A stretch of 64,000 nt of DNA, taken from Basidiobolus meristosporus CBS 931.73. Its lineage: Eukaryota > Fungi > Basidiobolomycota. Below, one piece after another: positions 1 to 11,488 of the stretch (position 1 is its first letter; each line of letters starts with the position of its first letter). The notes under the pieces are model-generated. The model made no database searches, was not told where the DNA came from, and saw nothing but the letters and a program-made list of their open reading frames with translations. The translations under genes were made by a program, and so were the position numbers. The stretch is from positions 57,424 to 121,423 of the forward strand of contig MCFE01000231.1 in NCBI GenBank assembly GCA_002104905.1, in the 5' to 3' direction.

Positions 1-3000
1 AATTTGAGCCCCACTCCACCTTTCTTGCGCGAAACGTATTTTATGGGCCGTCTTCGTCAGGAAATCTAGAGGTAAGTAGCTCTTATTGACGGTACAGTTA
101 AGCCCGTGTCTAATCCTCTCCTATCAAGATAAGATGCCTTAGCTCTCACGACATCAGTATTGCGTCTCGTCTTGCTAACTCGAAAAGCACTGTGTATGCC
201 ATCAGAAGCTTCAACGCTGGGAATGAATACACCATGCTTGGTTAGAAAGAGTATTTTACAATACACCAGAGACTTCATTGGGTTATTAACTTCGTACCGT
301 ATTTTGTGTAGATAACCTTTCAAACAATCTCACTGTGACACCTTTAATATCCTCTATACTCAACTACAAAGTGGAAGCCTCTCAAGAGATGAATACTCCA
401 ATCGAAGACTCGCTAGAAGAGCCATTTGACACCCTTAAATATTCGATGACGCATATAGATGAACGATATCGTGTACAAGTGGAGGAATTATTAGAAACTG
501 TTATAGCCGAGTACTCGCTAAACGAAGACCAGTCAACGTATTGCATTCTTCTTCCATTACACTTTTCTAGTAATAATTTATTTTTTGTACTTAGCGTTCT
601 TAGAAAGATTTCGAAGGATATGATAGAATCGCCCGAAAATGATAAAAAATCACCATTGCTTTTGGTTCATGGTAGGTTCTAACAGATTTATGTATTCTTC
701 TCCATAATAATTCTCATTTATAATTACAGGTGCATATGGGGCTGGAAAGAGGTATGTTGTTGACCATTCAAAGGAGCTCTTTGTTCTAACAATTGGTTCA
801 GTTACCTTATTGGCGTGCTTATAGTGTTTCTAGAGCGTCTAATGAAACTTACAGAGTTGAATACCAAATGTCCATTTAAGATCTTGGTTGCATCGATGAC
901 AGTACGATAAATGCCAGGCATCATGAAAAACCTTGAATCTGATTTTTTGATTTCGATTTCAGAATATTGCCGTAGATAATATCCTTCTTGGATTGCTGAA
1001 ACTGGGCTTCTCTGACTTTGTTCGTGTGGGAAGGTAATACTGAATATATGTGTATTTCTATCAAGCAGCTTAGAATTCACTAACAAGTATATTAGTATAA
1101 AGAAAATAGCCAAGCCAATTCTGCCATATACGGCACAGGTGAAGAATGATCCCAGTGAAGGTACACATACATATTGCTGGCAGATTTATAACAGTATGTA
1201 TGTTCTCACAAATCTACCAGATATCAAGGAACTACAGACGTTGCTAAACGAAGAGACTCTTACCGAAACGGAATATAAGAGCGTAAATGATACAATAAAA
1301 AGATTTACGAAAAACGAAAACAAGGGGCTACTAAAGCGATCAATGGTTGTTGGTAAGTATCACAATAGCAAACTTTAGAAGCAAGCCTAGTATATTTCAT
1401 ATAGCACACGTAAACTAATGCGCTTTGAACCAAGGTACCACTTGCTTGGCATCGACATTTGATATATTTGAAAACATACCCTTTCCAATAATCATACTTG
1501 ATGAATCAAGTCAAGTTACCGAACCGATGGCGCTAGTCCCAGTTTGCCGTTTTGCCTGCGAAAAGTTGATTCTTGTTGGTGATCCACTCCAGGTACACTC
1601 TATTATACATAATAATTACTTGTTCCCGGTACTAAGTTGATTTTAGCTACCCCCAACTCTCTCCACCAATTCTTCTAAAAGCTCTGCTGAATGTGGACTA
1701 GATAGACCTTTATTTGACCGGCTGATTCAGGTACCAAATGGTGTGGAGCGCCTATTAGTGAGCATGACTAATCTGTAATTTCATCAACTAGATGGGCGCA
1801 GAGGTTTGCTTCGCATTTCTCCAAATATTACTGATTATTTATTTATAGTGACATCGTTTTAGCCTGTATTATTAAAAACACAGTACAGAGTTCGTTTGCA
1901 AATTATACTTATCTCCTTAGGTGTACTTCGATCTAATATCAACCTTTTAGTGCCATCCTGCTATCTCTGCTCTCAGTAACCGGTTATTTTATCAGAGCAA
2001 GCTTATTGATGGTGTCTGCGAGTCGGAACGTCAGGCTCTGGTGCCCGATCTTCCACCTTTGTTGTTTATTAACGTCAATGGCAATGTCGGCCCTATTGTT
2101 TCGACTATCAGTTTTCTACAGAAGATTAATCAAGATTAACTCTGCAGGAACAACAACACTCGCGATCGAAATCATATTTCAACAGCAATGAAGTTGGAGT
2201 TGTTGCCCTTGCTGCCAAAGGATTTCTCGAGATTGGTATTCAGCCGCAAAATATTGGTATTATTACACTATGTACTGTATGATGTTGCTTATGTTATTCA
2301 GCACCACTTAATATTAATCTCGATATTTGGACGGTAGATAAACATCAAGCGGATCAGGTTGAGATGAAATTGAAAGACAGTCAAAAGATGAACAAGTTCG
2401 ATTCAGTACAGGCAAGTTATGATTCCGTAGCTAGCGCATAACGTGTTTTGACTTCAGTGCATATTCACACTTAACTCCTTCAGGTGAGTACTGTCGATGC
2501 TTTCCAGGTACATAATATTATAATATATTCATCTTTGCTTGAAAGTACAATTTTACTCATAATGCATTCGTAAGGGAGCGGAAAAAGAAATCATCATTGT
2601 GTCCTGTGTTCGAACGCGCCAGATTGGGTTCATTGATAACCGGCAGAGAGTAAATGTTGCACTTTCACGAGCAAAAAGGTTTAGATATATCAAAGCATCG
2701 TCTAGTATTTGGATGTCTAACCTGTTATATAGGCATCTGATCATTGTTGGATGTGCCAAACTCTTGGAGAGCAATCCACTCTGGAAAACTGTTGTGGCAG
2801 AATGCCGAGGTAGTGCGATTTCAACCAATAGCATTCTATACTACATTATGCTTACTCTTTGTTAAAATGTAGCGAACCCTAACGGATTTATTCACGCCAC
2901 TCAAGTCCCTTCACTATTGAAAAGCTTCGGATGTTCTGGGGAATTCTCTACGCCACTAGCTGCGAGCATGAATCAATTTGAAGAGTCAACCAATCGTGCA

Positions 3001-3534
3001 AAGATAGTAAAAAAGCCACTTCAGCTATACCCGTCTCCTTTAGCGGATTCGAGTTCAGATACTAATAACAACGTCGACAATGCCGATTTGAACAAAGTAA
3101 TGGATCATACAAGTGCTGTTCATGAAGCGAAGAGTCTACTTTCGAGACAAAATCATGAATCTACTTCGGTAAATGCTGTTGGTCAGCTGGACGAAAGTGA
3201 AGCACCATGGCATACAACCCCGAAGTATAGTTTGTTTGCAGGGCCTGGCCTATCTTCTGAAGTGGTTCAGCCACCAAATCCTAGTGAACTTGAAGAGCCA
3301 TCCCTCTTTAATAACGATAGAAGCAACGACAGCACACGAGAACTAACAAGGAAAACCCCTGAAGATGCTTTTAGTGAAAGTCCTTTCTCCGTCGTTAACT
3401 ATAATTCAGACACGGATTTGGTGGCTCGTGCAGAGGATATTTCTAGCAGTGTAGAGTTGGGTAGTCTGAATCAGCCGAAAAACCCATTGTTTACTTTACT
3501 CCGAAACTTAAACCAGCGCGGAAAACCTGAATAA
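1..3534 (+). CDS. ZGRF1: ZGRF1-like Upf1/DNA2-family SF1 helicase, multi-exon, 5'-partial (starts upstream of window)
   Basis: Spliced exons give LVHG|AYGAGK (Walker A), IILDESSQVTEP..CEKLILVGDPLQ|LPPTL, RPLFDRLIQ|MGAE|PVLLKTQYR|CHPAISALSNRLFY, IGIITL, VQ|VSTVDAFQ|GAEKEIIIVSCVRTRQIGFID and NVALSRAKR|HLIIVG. These resemble the ZGRF1 C-terminal helicase as I recall it. The last exon is a low-complexity tail ending at TGA 3532-3534. Confidence 0.75.
2412..2483 (+). other. Non-canonical GC-AG intron in the helicase gene
   Basis: Exon ends ...GTA CAG at 2411, intron starts GCAAGT and ends CCTTCAG at 2483. This splice is needed to join DSVQ to VSTVDAFQ in frame. Confidence 0.8.
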
Positions 3535-3701
3535 ATAAATTGATAGAATCTTGACTTTTGATCAATTTATGCAAAAGAAAATTTTTTGATTGTCCCGTTG
3601 GAGTAAGCTTTGCAAATTTGCTTTTTTCAGCTAAACTTATACGATATTTGATATTGGACTTGTGTGAGCAGGTTTGATACGGTTGGTTCGAACAAGACAC
3701 T

Positions 3702-4524
3702 ATGAGTACCTTACTGAAGAGAGTTATACCTAGTTTGCCCAAGAGTGAGGAATTTAGAATCTAAGCTTTGTTATGTAGAATCTTGGCTAAACGATTTTTT
3801 TGTTTGAAGACCCTTTCCCACAGAGTGTTCAAGCATGGGTGCACGAATTTCGAAACAAGAAACCCCTTCGCATTCTCGATCTTCATAAGAGTGTCTTCGG
3901 CTCTCCTCTCCGTGTTGACATTCTGCATCGTGTTGTTGTGTGGCAAAGAGATGCCCTAAGACAGGGTACCCACTCCACCAAGGGAATTAGTGACGTACGT
4001 GGTTCCACCAGAAAAGCCTTTTCGCAAAAAGGAAGAGGTGCTGCCCGTGTGGGCACTATAAGAGCTCCTCAGTTCCGTGGTGGTATGTATCCAGTTTACA
4101 TTGTGGAAAACTCTTCTATAATGCCATTTTTAATCGTTGAATCCCTTCGAAAGGTGCCACTGTACACGGACCCAAGCCTCGTAGCCATGAAACCGCACTT
4201 CAAAAGAAAGTGGTGGATATGGGGCTTCGTGTAGCGTTATCTACAAAGTACGCCCAAAACCAATTGGTAATCGTCAACAGCGTGGAGCTTACTTCCCATA
4301 AGACCCGTGAGCTTGCCCATATACTTAAATCCAATCAATGGACATCCGCATTGATTGCCATCAAGAAGGAAAACGACAACCTTCGCATTGCTGCCAACAA
4401 CATTCCCGGGATCAAGGTTGTTAATGTCGAAGATCTTGATGTTTATAATGTTCTTCTTCATAAGAATCTCATTCTAGACACCGGCTCCGCCAACTATTTG
4501 CAAACCAAATTGATGGTCCAGTGA
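3702..4524 (+). CDS. MRPL4: Mitochondrial ribosomal protein uL4m (Yml6/MRPL4), 3 exons
   Basis: ATG 3702 with a basic presequence-like start; introns ~3745-3809 and from ~4085. Motifs DILHRVVVWQ, RQGTHSTKGISDVRGSTRK, QKGRGAARVG, PQFRGG and HGPKPR. Confidence 0.9.
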
Positions 4525-5758
4525 TCGTTTATCTTCGCAACCTAACGTTTAAGCATGATCCACCATGGACAGAACCTAGAATAGGAGATTATATGCATTC
4601 ATCTATTTGTCAATATCATCCATTAATAAAAGCGTCAACCTTATCTGCCTTTGTGATCTTTAACAGATGTGGGCATCATCCATCACATGGATCCAAGCAA
4701 CACTTCGGGCAGATAGAATGCATCGAGACATCCATTATTTCGAGTGGATCTCAATCCTGCTATGGACAGCACGAATTAGAGTCCAAACGATACACTCTCA
4801 AGAGGGTTTCATTCTTCATGTATGGGGAATTCGCTCTTAGTGATAATGAAACTCCAATGTAGTGCACGGTTCCTTCTGTTCGCTCGTGGCTGATGATGCC
4901 TCTAGAAAACAGCGCTCCCCTACTGCTGCACCTACAAGCTAACACTAACAAGCGATGGCCAAAGCTCCTCGTGTCGCCCCAAGGCTAACCGTTAGGATGT
5001 TTCGCATGAATATCATGTGATCTTCCATTGATTGTGGGTGTTTGAGATTGACTACCACTATTGTGATAATCGGGAGGCACGCCAAGCATACTAAGTGGCA
5101 ATAGGCTTCCTCAGACGTGTCTAACCTGATTTGGCATCGAGGAAAAAGGATTGTGGTGGATCCGGTCTTCAGATCAGTGCGGATGTCATAAGGTATTCAG
5201 TCGTGATTCGAGATATGCTTCCAGTAACAACTATCCTCATCAAAAGCAGGCGCATGACGGTTGGATTCATGCACAATAGATTACAAGCATCACTTGTAGT
5301 AATGTTACTCGACCAAATGCGGTGTGAATTCGACATCATCTCCAAAACATACATCTGTCCAACACATTGTCACCCAAGGTAGTTGGCTCGGCTGCTAGAT
5401 CCCCGTGTTGAAACGATTTTGAGGCGGTCGTGAGGCAATATCGCATTTCGATAGGTGGAGCTCGCTTTTTCAGTGATAGCAATGCTTACACATGGGAATC
5501 AATTAAATGCTCCTATAATTAAGACTGCTGGCTGACTGTGTGACTGTTAAACAAAGCGACGATATGAGATCGGCTGACGCACGCATTATTTTGGCTATAT
5601 CTCTATTCCCTTTCAACATTCTCTTCTCCACGTCCTCTGTTCTTCTCGTCAGAATAGACCATAGAAAGTCTTTTTGGAGAAGAGGATTTGTTGAAGTTGC
5701 ATAGAGTTCACTCTAGTTGTTCACCTTTGGGCGAGATTCAACACTACGTCTAGATATC

Positions 5759-7927
5759 ATGAAGTTCGCTAAGCAACTCGCTCTACGCTCTATTCCCACA
5801 TGGGCCATATATTACATCGACTACAAGCAGTTGAAGAAGTTCATCAAAGATTCCGAACTCATATATGAAGGTACGTTTTGTTTCAATAGGGCGTGTCCTG
5901 CCACTGCCATTTGCTCATTTGTGGCTACGTTGCCTTACCCCCAATAGAAAACAAAGAAACTGCTCAGCTAGACAAGATCACGCAGGAATTCAGAACGCTT
6001 ATTCATACGGAGCTTGACAAGGTGGATGAAAGATACTCGAGTAAAGAGCAAGAGTCAACAGAGAAGCTCAGGCTTTTGAAAACCAAGGTACCCACAGCTT
6101 AGTTGAGCCTTTTGTCTATTGGCTGAACAAACTTTGGCATCCTAGTGGCGGCCAGATTTCTCTCCCGAAAGTCAGAACCAATGGTCGGTGGTGTACCACT
6201 CTCTTATGTTCCGTTCAAATATTCATATGTAACGTTGCCATAAGGTTGAAGGATTTTACAAAGTTGTTACAGTCGCTTGAATATCTCTCAGGTAGATTGC
6301 TGCCCTTGTTTCAGCTCGGAGGATTTCGAGACCATTAATCGCTCGCACATATAGAGTTTACACAGACGAATATCGTTGGGTTTCAGAAAATCCTCAAGAA
6401 ATTCGACAAGCACTTTGGTGTCACTTGGGGAAGGGATTTTTGGCCAGAGATCACCACCAGGAAATTCGCAAACTCTGAGAAAGAGGAAAACCTACTTCAC
6501 GAAGCAAGACAAGTACGTGAAGCAAGATCATACCTATGTTCAGAAACATATGTTAATGATATTTTAGGTTTGGCGTAAGAGGGTTCCTGTTGCTCCACTG
6601 GAGCCGAAGAGAAGCCTTGATGTGGTCAACTCGGTAATCCCCGATGTATCGGCGTTAGATCTCCAATCACTTCCCACTGGACAAGTGCACCGCTTCTGGG
6701 TTGCCCTTTCAGAAGACGGGCTGAACCTCCCCATTAAAGTGCCAGTCATTATCGCAAAGGTATGTCTTTGATCTCCTGAGCCTGCTCCTGCTGGTAAGCT
6801 AATGACTATCACCCAGGGAGTCAAGCCTGGCCCAACCTTGGGAATTACGGCAGCCTTACATGGAAATGAGCTGAACGGGATTCCTTTGATTCATCGCCTA
6901 TTTCGCGAAGTCACGTGCGACGCCTTACATGGTATTATTGTGGCAGTGCCCGTTGCGAATGCGCCCGGTTATCTCAGAAGCCAGAGGACATTCAGCGATG
7001 GAACTGATCTCAATCGGCTGATGCCAGGGTATTGTTTCACACACTAGCCGGCCTGGCAGAAGCTACATCAGCTAATCCCCCGTTGCTAGGAAAAAAAATG
7101 GCTCCACCTCTCAAGTGTATGCATACAATCTAATGGAACGAATCGTCTCGCACTTTGATTACTTGCTAGATCTGCACACGGCTAGCAAAGGGCGAGTCAA
7201 TTCACTGTATGTCCGTGCAAACATGACTGACATTAAGACCCAGCGCATGGCAACCCTCCAAAACCCTCAGGTATGGTTCGTGCCCGTGAGCCAAGCAGCT
7301 CTTCGCCTAACCTGCATGGCTATGACAGATCATTGTTCATAACACCAGTCCAGATGGGTCTCTCCGTGGTGCAGCGATGGAGCGAGGCATTCCAGCCATC
7401 ACCGGTTTGTTAAGCATGGTTGACCCCTCGAGCCTCACCCACCTCTGATGGCAATGTTGAATTTCTAGTCGAGATCGGAGACCCCTCTCGCTTCCAGAAG
7501 CGATTCGTGAAAAATGCGCTCTTGGGCGTCACAAACATCATGTCGCATCTCCAAATGATCGAGGATGAGCCCGATCACCCGGAGTACGATCCAGTAGTAT
7601 GCTCCAAAAGTGTAAGTGCATTCATGTTGAATATCGGCAAGTTAATGAGCAGCTCTGTGACCATCTGGATGGTAGTATTGGATCTTTGCACCCTCGGGAG
7701 GTATTCTGTCCGTTTTGCCCGACGTGAACACTTGGGTGAAGAAGAACGAGCCTATTGCATATCTTCATAACATATTTGGGGATTTGGAGGCTACGTACTA
7801 CGCTCCCGAGGATGGAATTGTCATTGGCAAAAATGTAGATCCCGTTTGTCAATCAGGTAATCGGATTTTGCATCTGGGTGTGGTGGACAGCACCTTCCCT
7901 GAATACGTCAATGATGGGCATTTGTAG
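5759..7927 (+). CDS. SPX domain fused to succinylglutamate desuccinylase/aspartoacylase (M14-like Zn hydrolase), multi-exon
   Basis: N-terminal SPX motifs MKFAKQL..IPTW..YYIDYKQLKKFIK and N.VGFQKILKKFDK. Phase-0 introns 6513-6567 and 6760-6816 join this in frame to GPTLGITAALHGNELNG, DLNRLMPG, LLDLHTASKGRVNSLYVRA, EIGDPSRFQ and the hybrid-type tail YYAPEDGIVIG. Stop TAG 7925-7927. Confidence 0.85.
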
Positions 7928-8234
7928 GGCCTGCTATCTGCTGCCAACTAATTGGTGCCTGGCTCTTGCACTCCCTTGCCACTCTCGTTCATCATATTTG
8001 TTGGTGTACGACTTGCAGTGGCCGCCCTGCGAGATCTAGCATTCCACTATCAAATAAATGGATTTCACTACACTCCGCAGCATAATCATTGTGGGAAATC
8101 GACCACCATCACGTGATACGAGAATGGATAGACAACCATGGAGATGATCAAGTTGAGGACCGCTTGAAAAAAAGATCGGTAAATCCTCTATCTGCAGGAT
8201 CTCGGGGTAATCCGAAAATATCCACCATGTAGGG

Positions 8235-8258
8235 AAAAAAAAGAAAAAAAGAAAAAAA
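8235..8258. promoter_or_regulatory. Poly(dA)-rich tract ~95 bp upstream of the PA2G4 start
   Basis: A8-G-A7-G-A7 seen directly. A nucleosome-excluding promoter role is inference. Confidence 0.4.
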
Positions 8259-8352
8259 TTTGGGAAAAGAAAATGGCATTGAATCAATGTATATTATCTG
8301 GTGGTCGAGTCCAAGAGTCTTACTTGTTCAGTAGCCCCATATTGATACTGCA

Positions 8353-9730
8353 ATGGAAGTCGTACTTCAAAATACTTTGGATAACGTTGAGCTCAACAAA
8401 TACCAAACTGCTGCTGCTATCTGTGACGGTATTGCATAGAAGAACAATATGTCCGTGAATTTCCGCACTAACTAGACGCATTTCTGTCCGATATAGAGGT
8501 CTTGAAGCAGGTTGCTGGTAAGGTTGTCGCCGGTGCTTTGGTCGCTGACCTGTGCCAATTTGGTGATGAGTTGATTCTCTCCTATGTATGTAACGCGTCT
8601 ATTATTCTTTTGCGTGGACCCAAAGTACTAATGCTCCGTCATCTCTTAGACCAACAGTGTCTACAACAAGCAGCGCGTAGAGAAAGGCATTGCCGTCCCT
8701 ACCACCATTGGTGTCAACAACATTGTACAGAATTTCTCCCCCCTTCCTGCTGAGCCCCATACCATCAACGTTGGTGACTTGGTCAAAATGTAACCATGCA
8801 AATATGCTCTGATTTTCCATATCATTTCATACTTATCACGATCTGATCCTAGCGAGTTGGGTGTCCACATCGACGGCTATGTCGCTTCCTCTGCTCATAC
8901 CACCATCGTCAACCCTAACCCCCAGGCCCCAGTTACTGGTAATTTCTCTACGACATAATTGCCTCCTAAATAGATGACTTACACCTTTATTTACAGGCCG
9001 CGCTTCGGATGCTATCTGTGCTGCTTACTTTGGTTTGGAGGCTGCTATGAGAACCTTGAAGGTTGGCAACAAGAACACTGATGTCATGAAGGTTATTTCC
9101 GATGCTGCTGCTGTCTTTGGCTGTAGCCCAGTCGAAGGAACTGTCTCCAGCCAAGTGAAGCGCTTCTTGTTGAACGGAAACAAAACCATCTTAAACTACT
9201 CTGAGGAGCACAACGTTGAGGAATATGTCTTTGAAGAAAACGAGGTTTACACTTTGAATATCTTCATGAGCACTGGCGAGGGCAAAGTGAACGAGTTGGA
9301 GCACAAGCCTACCATTTACCAGCGTGATGTCAACCAAAGCTACAGCCTCAAGTTGAAGGCTGCCCGTGCTCTTTTCAACCATATCAACGAAACCTTCTCT
9401 GTCTTCCCCTTCCCCATCCGTATGGTTGAGGATGCTCGTCTCCGTCTTGGTCTTCAAGAGTGCGTCAACCACCAGTTGTTGACCCCCTACCCCATTTATA
9501 CTGAGAAGAGAGGAGAGTATGTTGCACAATTCAAACTCACCGTTGTGCTAACTCCCAAGGGCCCTCAACGTCTTACCTCACTTCCTGCTCTCCCATACAT
9601 CCACTCTGACTATACTGTGCCCGAGAACTCAGAGCTGAAGCAGATTTTGGCAGCACCCGTTAAATCATACAACCTCCCACCTCTCCCCACCCCCAAGACC
9701 AACGATTCCTCTGCTATGGATATGTCTTAA
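8353..9730 (+). CDS. PA2G4: Proliferation-associated protein 2G4 / Ebp1 / Cdb4 (catalytically inactive M24 family)
   Basis: KYQTAAAI, GIAVPTTIGVNN..QNFSPLP, GDLVK.ELGVHIDGYVASSAHT, YSLKLKAAR, FPFPIR, ECVNHQLLTPYPIYTEK.GEYVAQFKLTV. The exact start codon is uncertain. Confidence 0.9.
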
Positions 9731-10071
9731 TCTCGCCACTCTACATGAACCATACACACTTTATCCTCCGTTGTTTTAGGTGGTTTTTTTTGGTATATAC
9801 AGTTTCTACTGATTCTCAAGTTGTTCATGCTCCCAAAACTTGTTGATACATATAGTTATAATATTAAAGTAACAAATACTTCAGGAATCGCTAACCATAA
9901 CGACTCTGTCGAGTATGTATCTAAATGGAAATCCATGACTGAGCCAATGGTCGTCAAACCAGCTGATTGGTTTGTGCTTTGGGGTAATGATTTGGGCTTA
10001 AAAACTTTGTTACCGCTTTGTAGCGTTGGTTTATTGTCTGCCAAGCTTTTCGCCCTTGAGCCTTTATTAGT

Positions 10072-10515
10072 ATGACCTTTATGTCCTATATAACAGCATT
10101 TCTGCAGCCCCAGCCAATTCTCTCTACCATTTTTACTGGTCTTGGTGGCTGGTGTGTTTTGTTTCCGCGACAGATCCTTAGACTGAGCTTCCTGTACACA
10201 CCACCGGAAGTGGAGAAAGTGGTCGAAAAGAAGGAAGTCACCAGTACCGACAAGTGGGATAAATTCCACGTCTTGCTGACCCAATGCTTTGGCGCACAAG
10301 CGCTCTTGTGCGGCATTCTTTTGGGAAATGCCGTGTTGACTCCCAGAACCTACAAAGTATTCGGTGCTGCGATTGTTCCTTTCCTGTACTTTGACTATTA
10401 TTATTTCTTCAAGAAGCCCTTGTTCACACGATTCATTGGCCTGGACCTTTTGGGAAACATATTCATGATCATAGCATGCTATATTGGGGCCAAGAAGGCC
10501 CTACCCAAGCCTTAG
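10072..10515 (+). CDS. Small integral membrane protein (147 aa, several hydrophobic segments), function unknown
   Basis: Intronless ATG-initiated ORF with TQCFGAQALLCG, VPFLYFDYYYFF and GLDLLGN segments. It resembles a conserved uncharacterised fungal/bacterial membrane family from recall. Confidence 0.7.
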   Translation: MTFMSYITAFLQPQPILSTIFTGLGGWCVLFPRQILRLSFLYTPPEVEKVVEKKEVTSTDKWDKFHVLLTQCFGAQALLCGILLGNAVLTPRTYKVFGAAIVPFLYFDYYYFFKKPLFTRFIGLDLLGNIFMIIACYIGAKKALPKP

Positions 10516-10731
10516 CTCTTTGGACCCCTCCGGCAAATGTTGTCCCTACTATTGAATAAAATACGATATGATTGACATCTCGCTCCGAGCACGGCCAACG
10601 CCCCTGCACAGAAATTAAACGCCTATATGGCTTGGCATTTTAGTTTACTGGTTAAGTACAGTAGGCTCAAGGGGGCAATTATTTGAACACGTATCATATA
10701 TAAAAATCTACACGGGTAAGAACGGTGGAGT

Positions 10732-11169
10732 CTAAGATCTGGGCTTCTCCTTCTTTTCCTTATACAAAGCAAGAAGCGAGACACCAGAAACCTTAACGAC
10801 CTTGAAGCGAACACCAGGGATATCACCAACAGCGCGTCCCTTACGGCCGAAGCCGGAGATAAGGACCTCATCGTTCTCCTCAACAAAGTTCAAACAGCCA
10901 TCGTTGGGAACAAAGGCGGTGATCTTCTTGCCGTTCTTGATGAGCTGAACACGGACACACTTACGAATGGCAGAGTTAGGCTGCTTGGCCTCAACACCGA
11001 TCTTTTCCAGAACAATGCCCTTAGCGTGAGAAGAACCGCCAAAGGGAGAAGACTTGAACGCAGTGCCAAGAGCTCTCTTCTTGTACTGCTTGTCAGCCCA
11101 GCGTTCTTCGCGACGGTGGTTGCGAAGCTTACGGGCAGCTTGGAGACCTCTAGGCTTTCCTTTGCCCAT
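10732..11169 (-). CDS. RPS23: 40S ribosomal protein S23 (uS12), intronless CDS
   Basis: [15 protein letters not shown]...[30 protein letters not shown]...KEKPRS, full length. Confidence 0.98.
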   Translation of the reverse strand: MGKGKPRGLQAARKLRNHRREERWADKQYKKRALGTAFKSSPFGGSSHAKGIVLEKIGVEAKQPNSAIRKCVRVQLIKNGKKITAFVPNDGCLNFVEENDEVLISGFGRKGRAVGDIPGVRFKVVKVSGVSLLALYKEKKEKPRS

Positions 11170-11488
11170 TTTACTTCCAGAAAATCTAGTAAGGTGGAAG
11201 GTCCATCACAGTCCGATCGTTGCTGAATATATAGAGGTTTTCGTACTCAGGTCCTGGAAAATTTGAGCACATCGATCCAGGCGGAACTAGATTTTGATGT
11301 GGTGATGTGATCGAGAATTGACAATTTGCAAACTTTATATACTCTCATCTGATGATACCCTTGAAGGGCCAAATTTTGATTGTCAAATGCGCTGATGGGA
11401 TGTGGGGAGGTGCTTTAAAAACTTTGGATAGCTCCCCCTCTCACGAGTATCGCAACAAAACCTCTCTCGGCCAGCAAGCACACCCAGT

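Noticed and set aside
5539-5546. Homol-D-like TGTGACTG upstream of the SPX fusion gene
   Set aside because: Single 8-mer, and I did not see it at the two ribosomal protein promoters where it would be expected.
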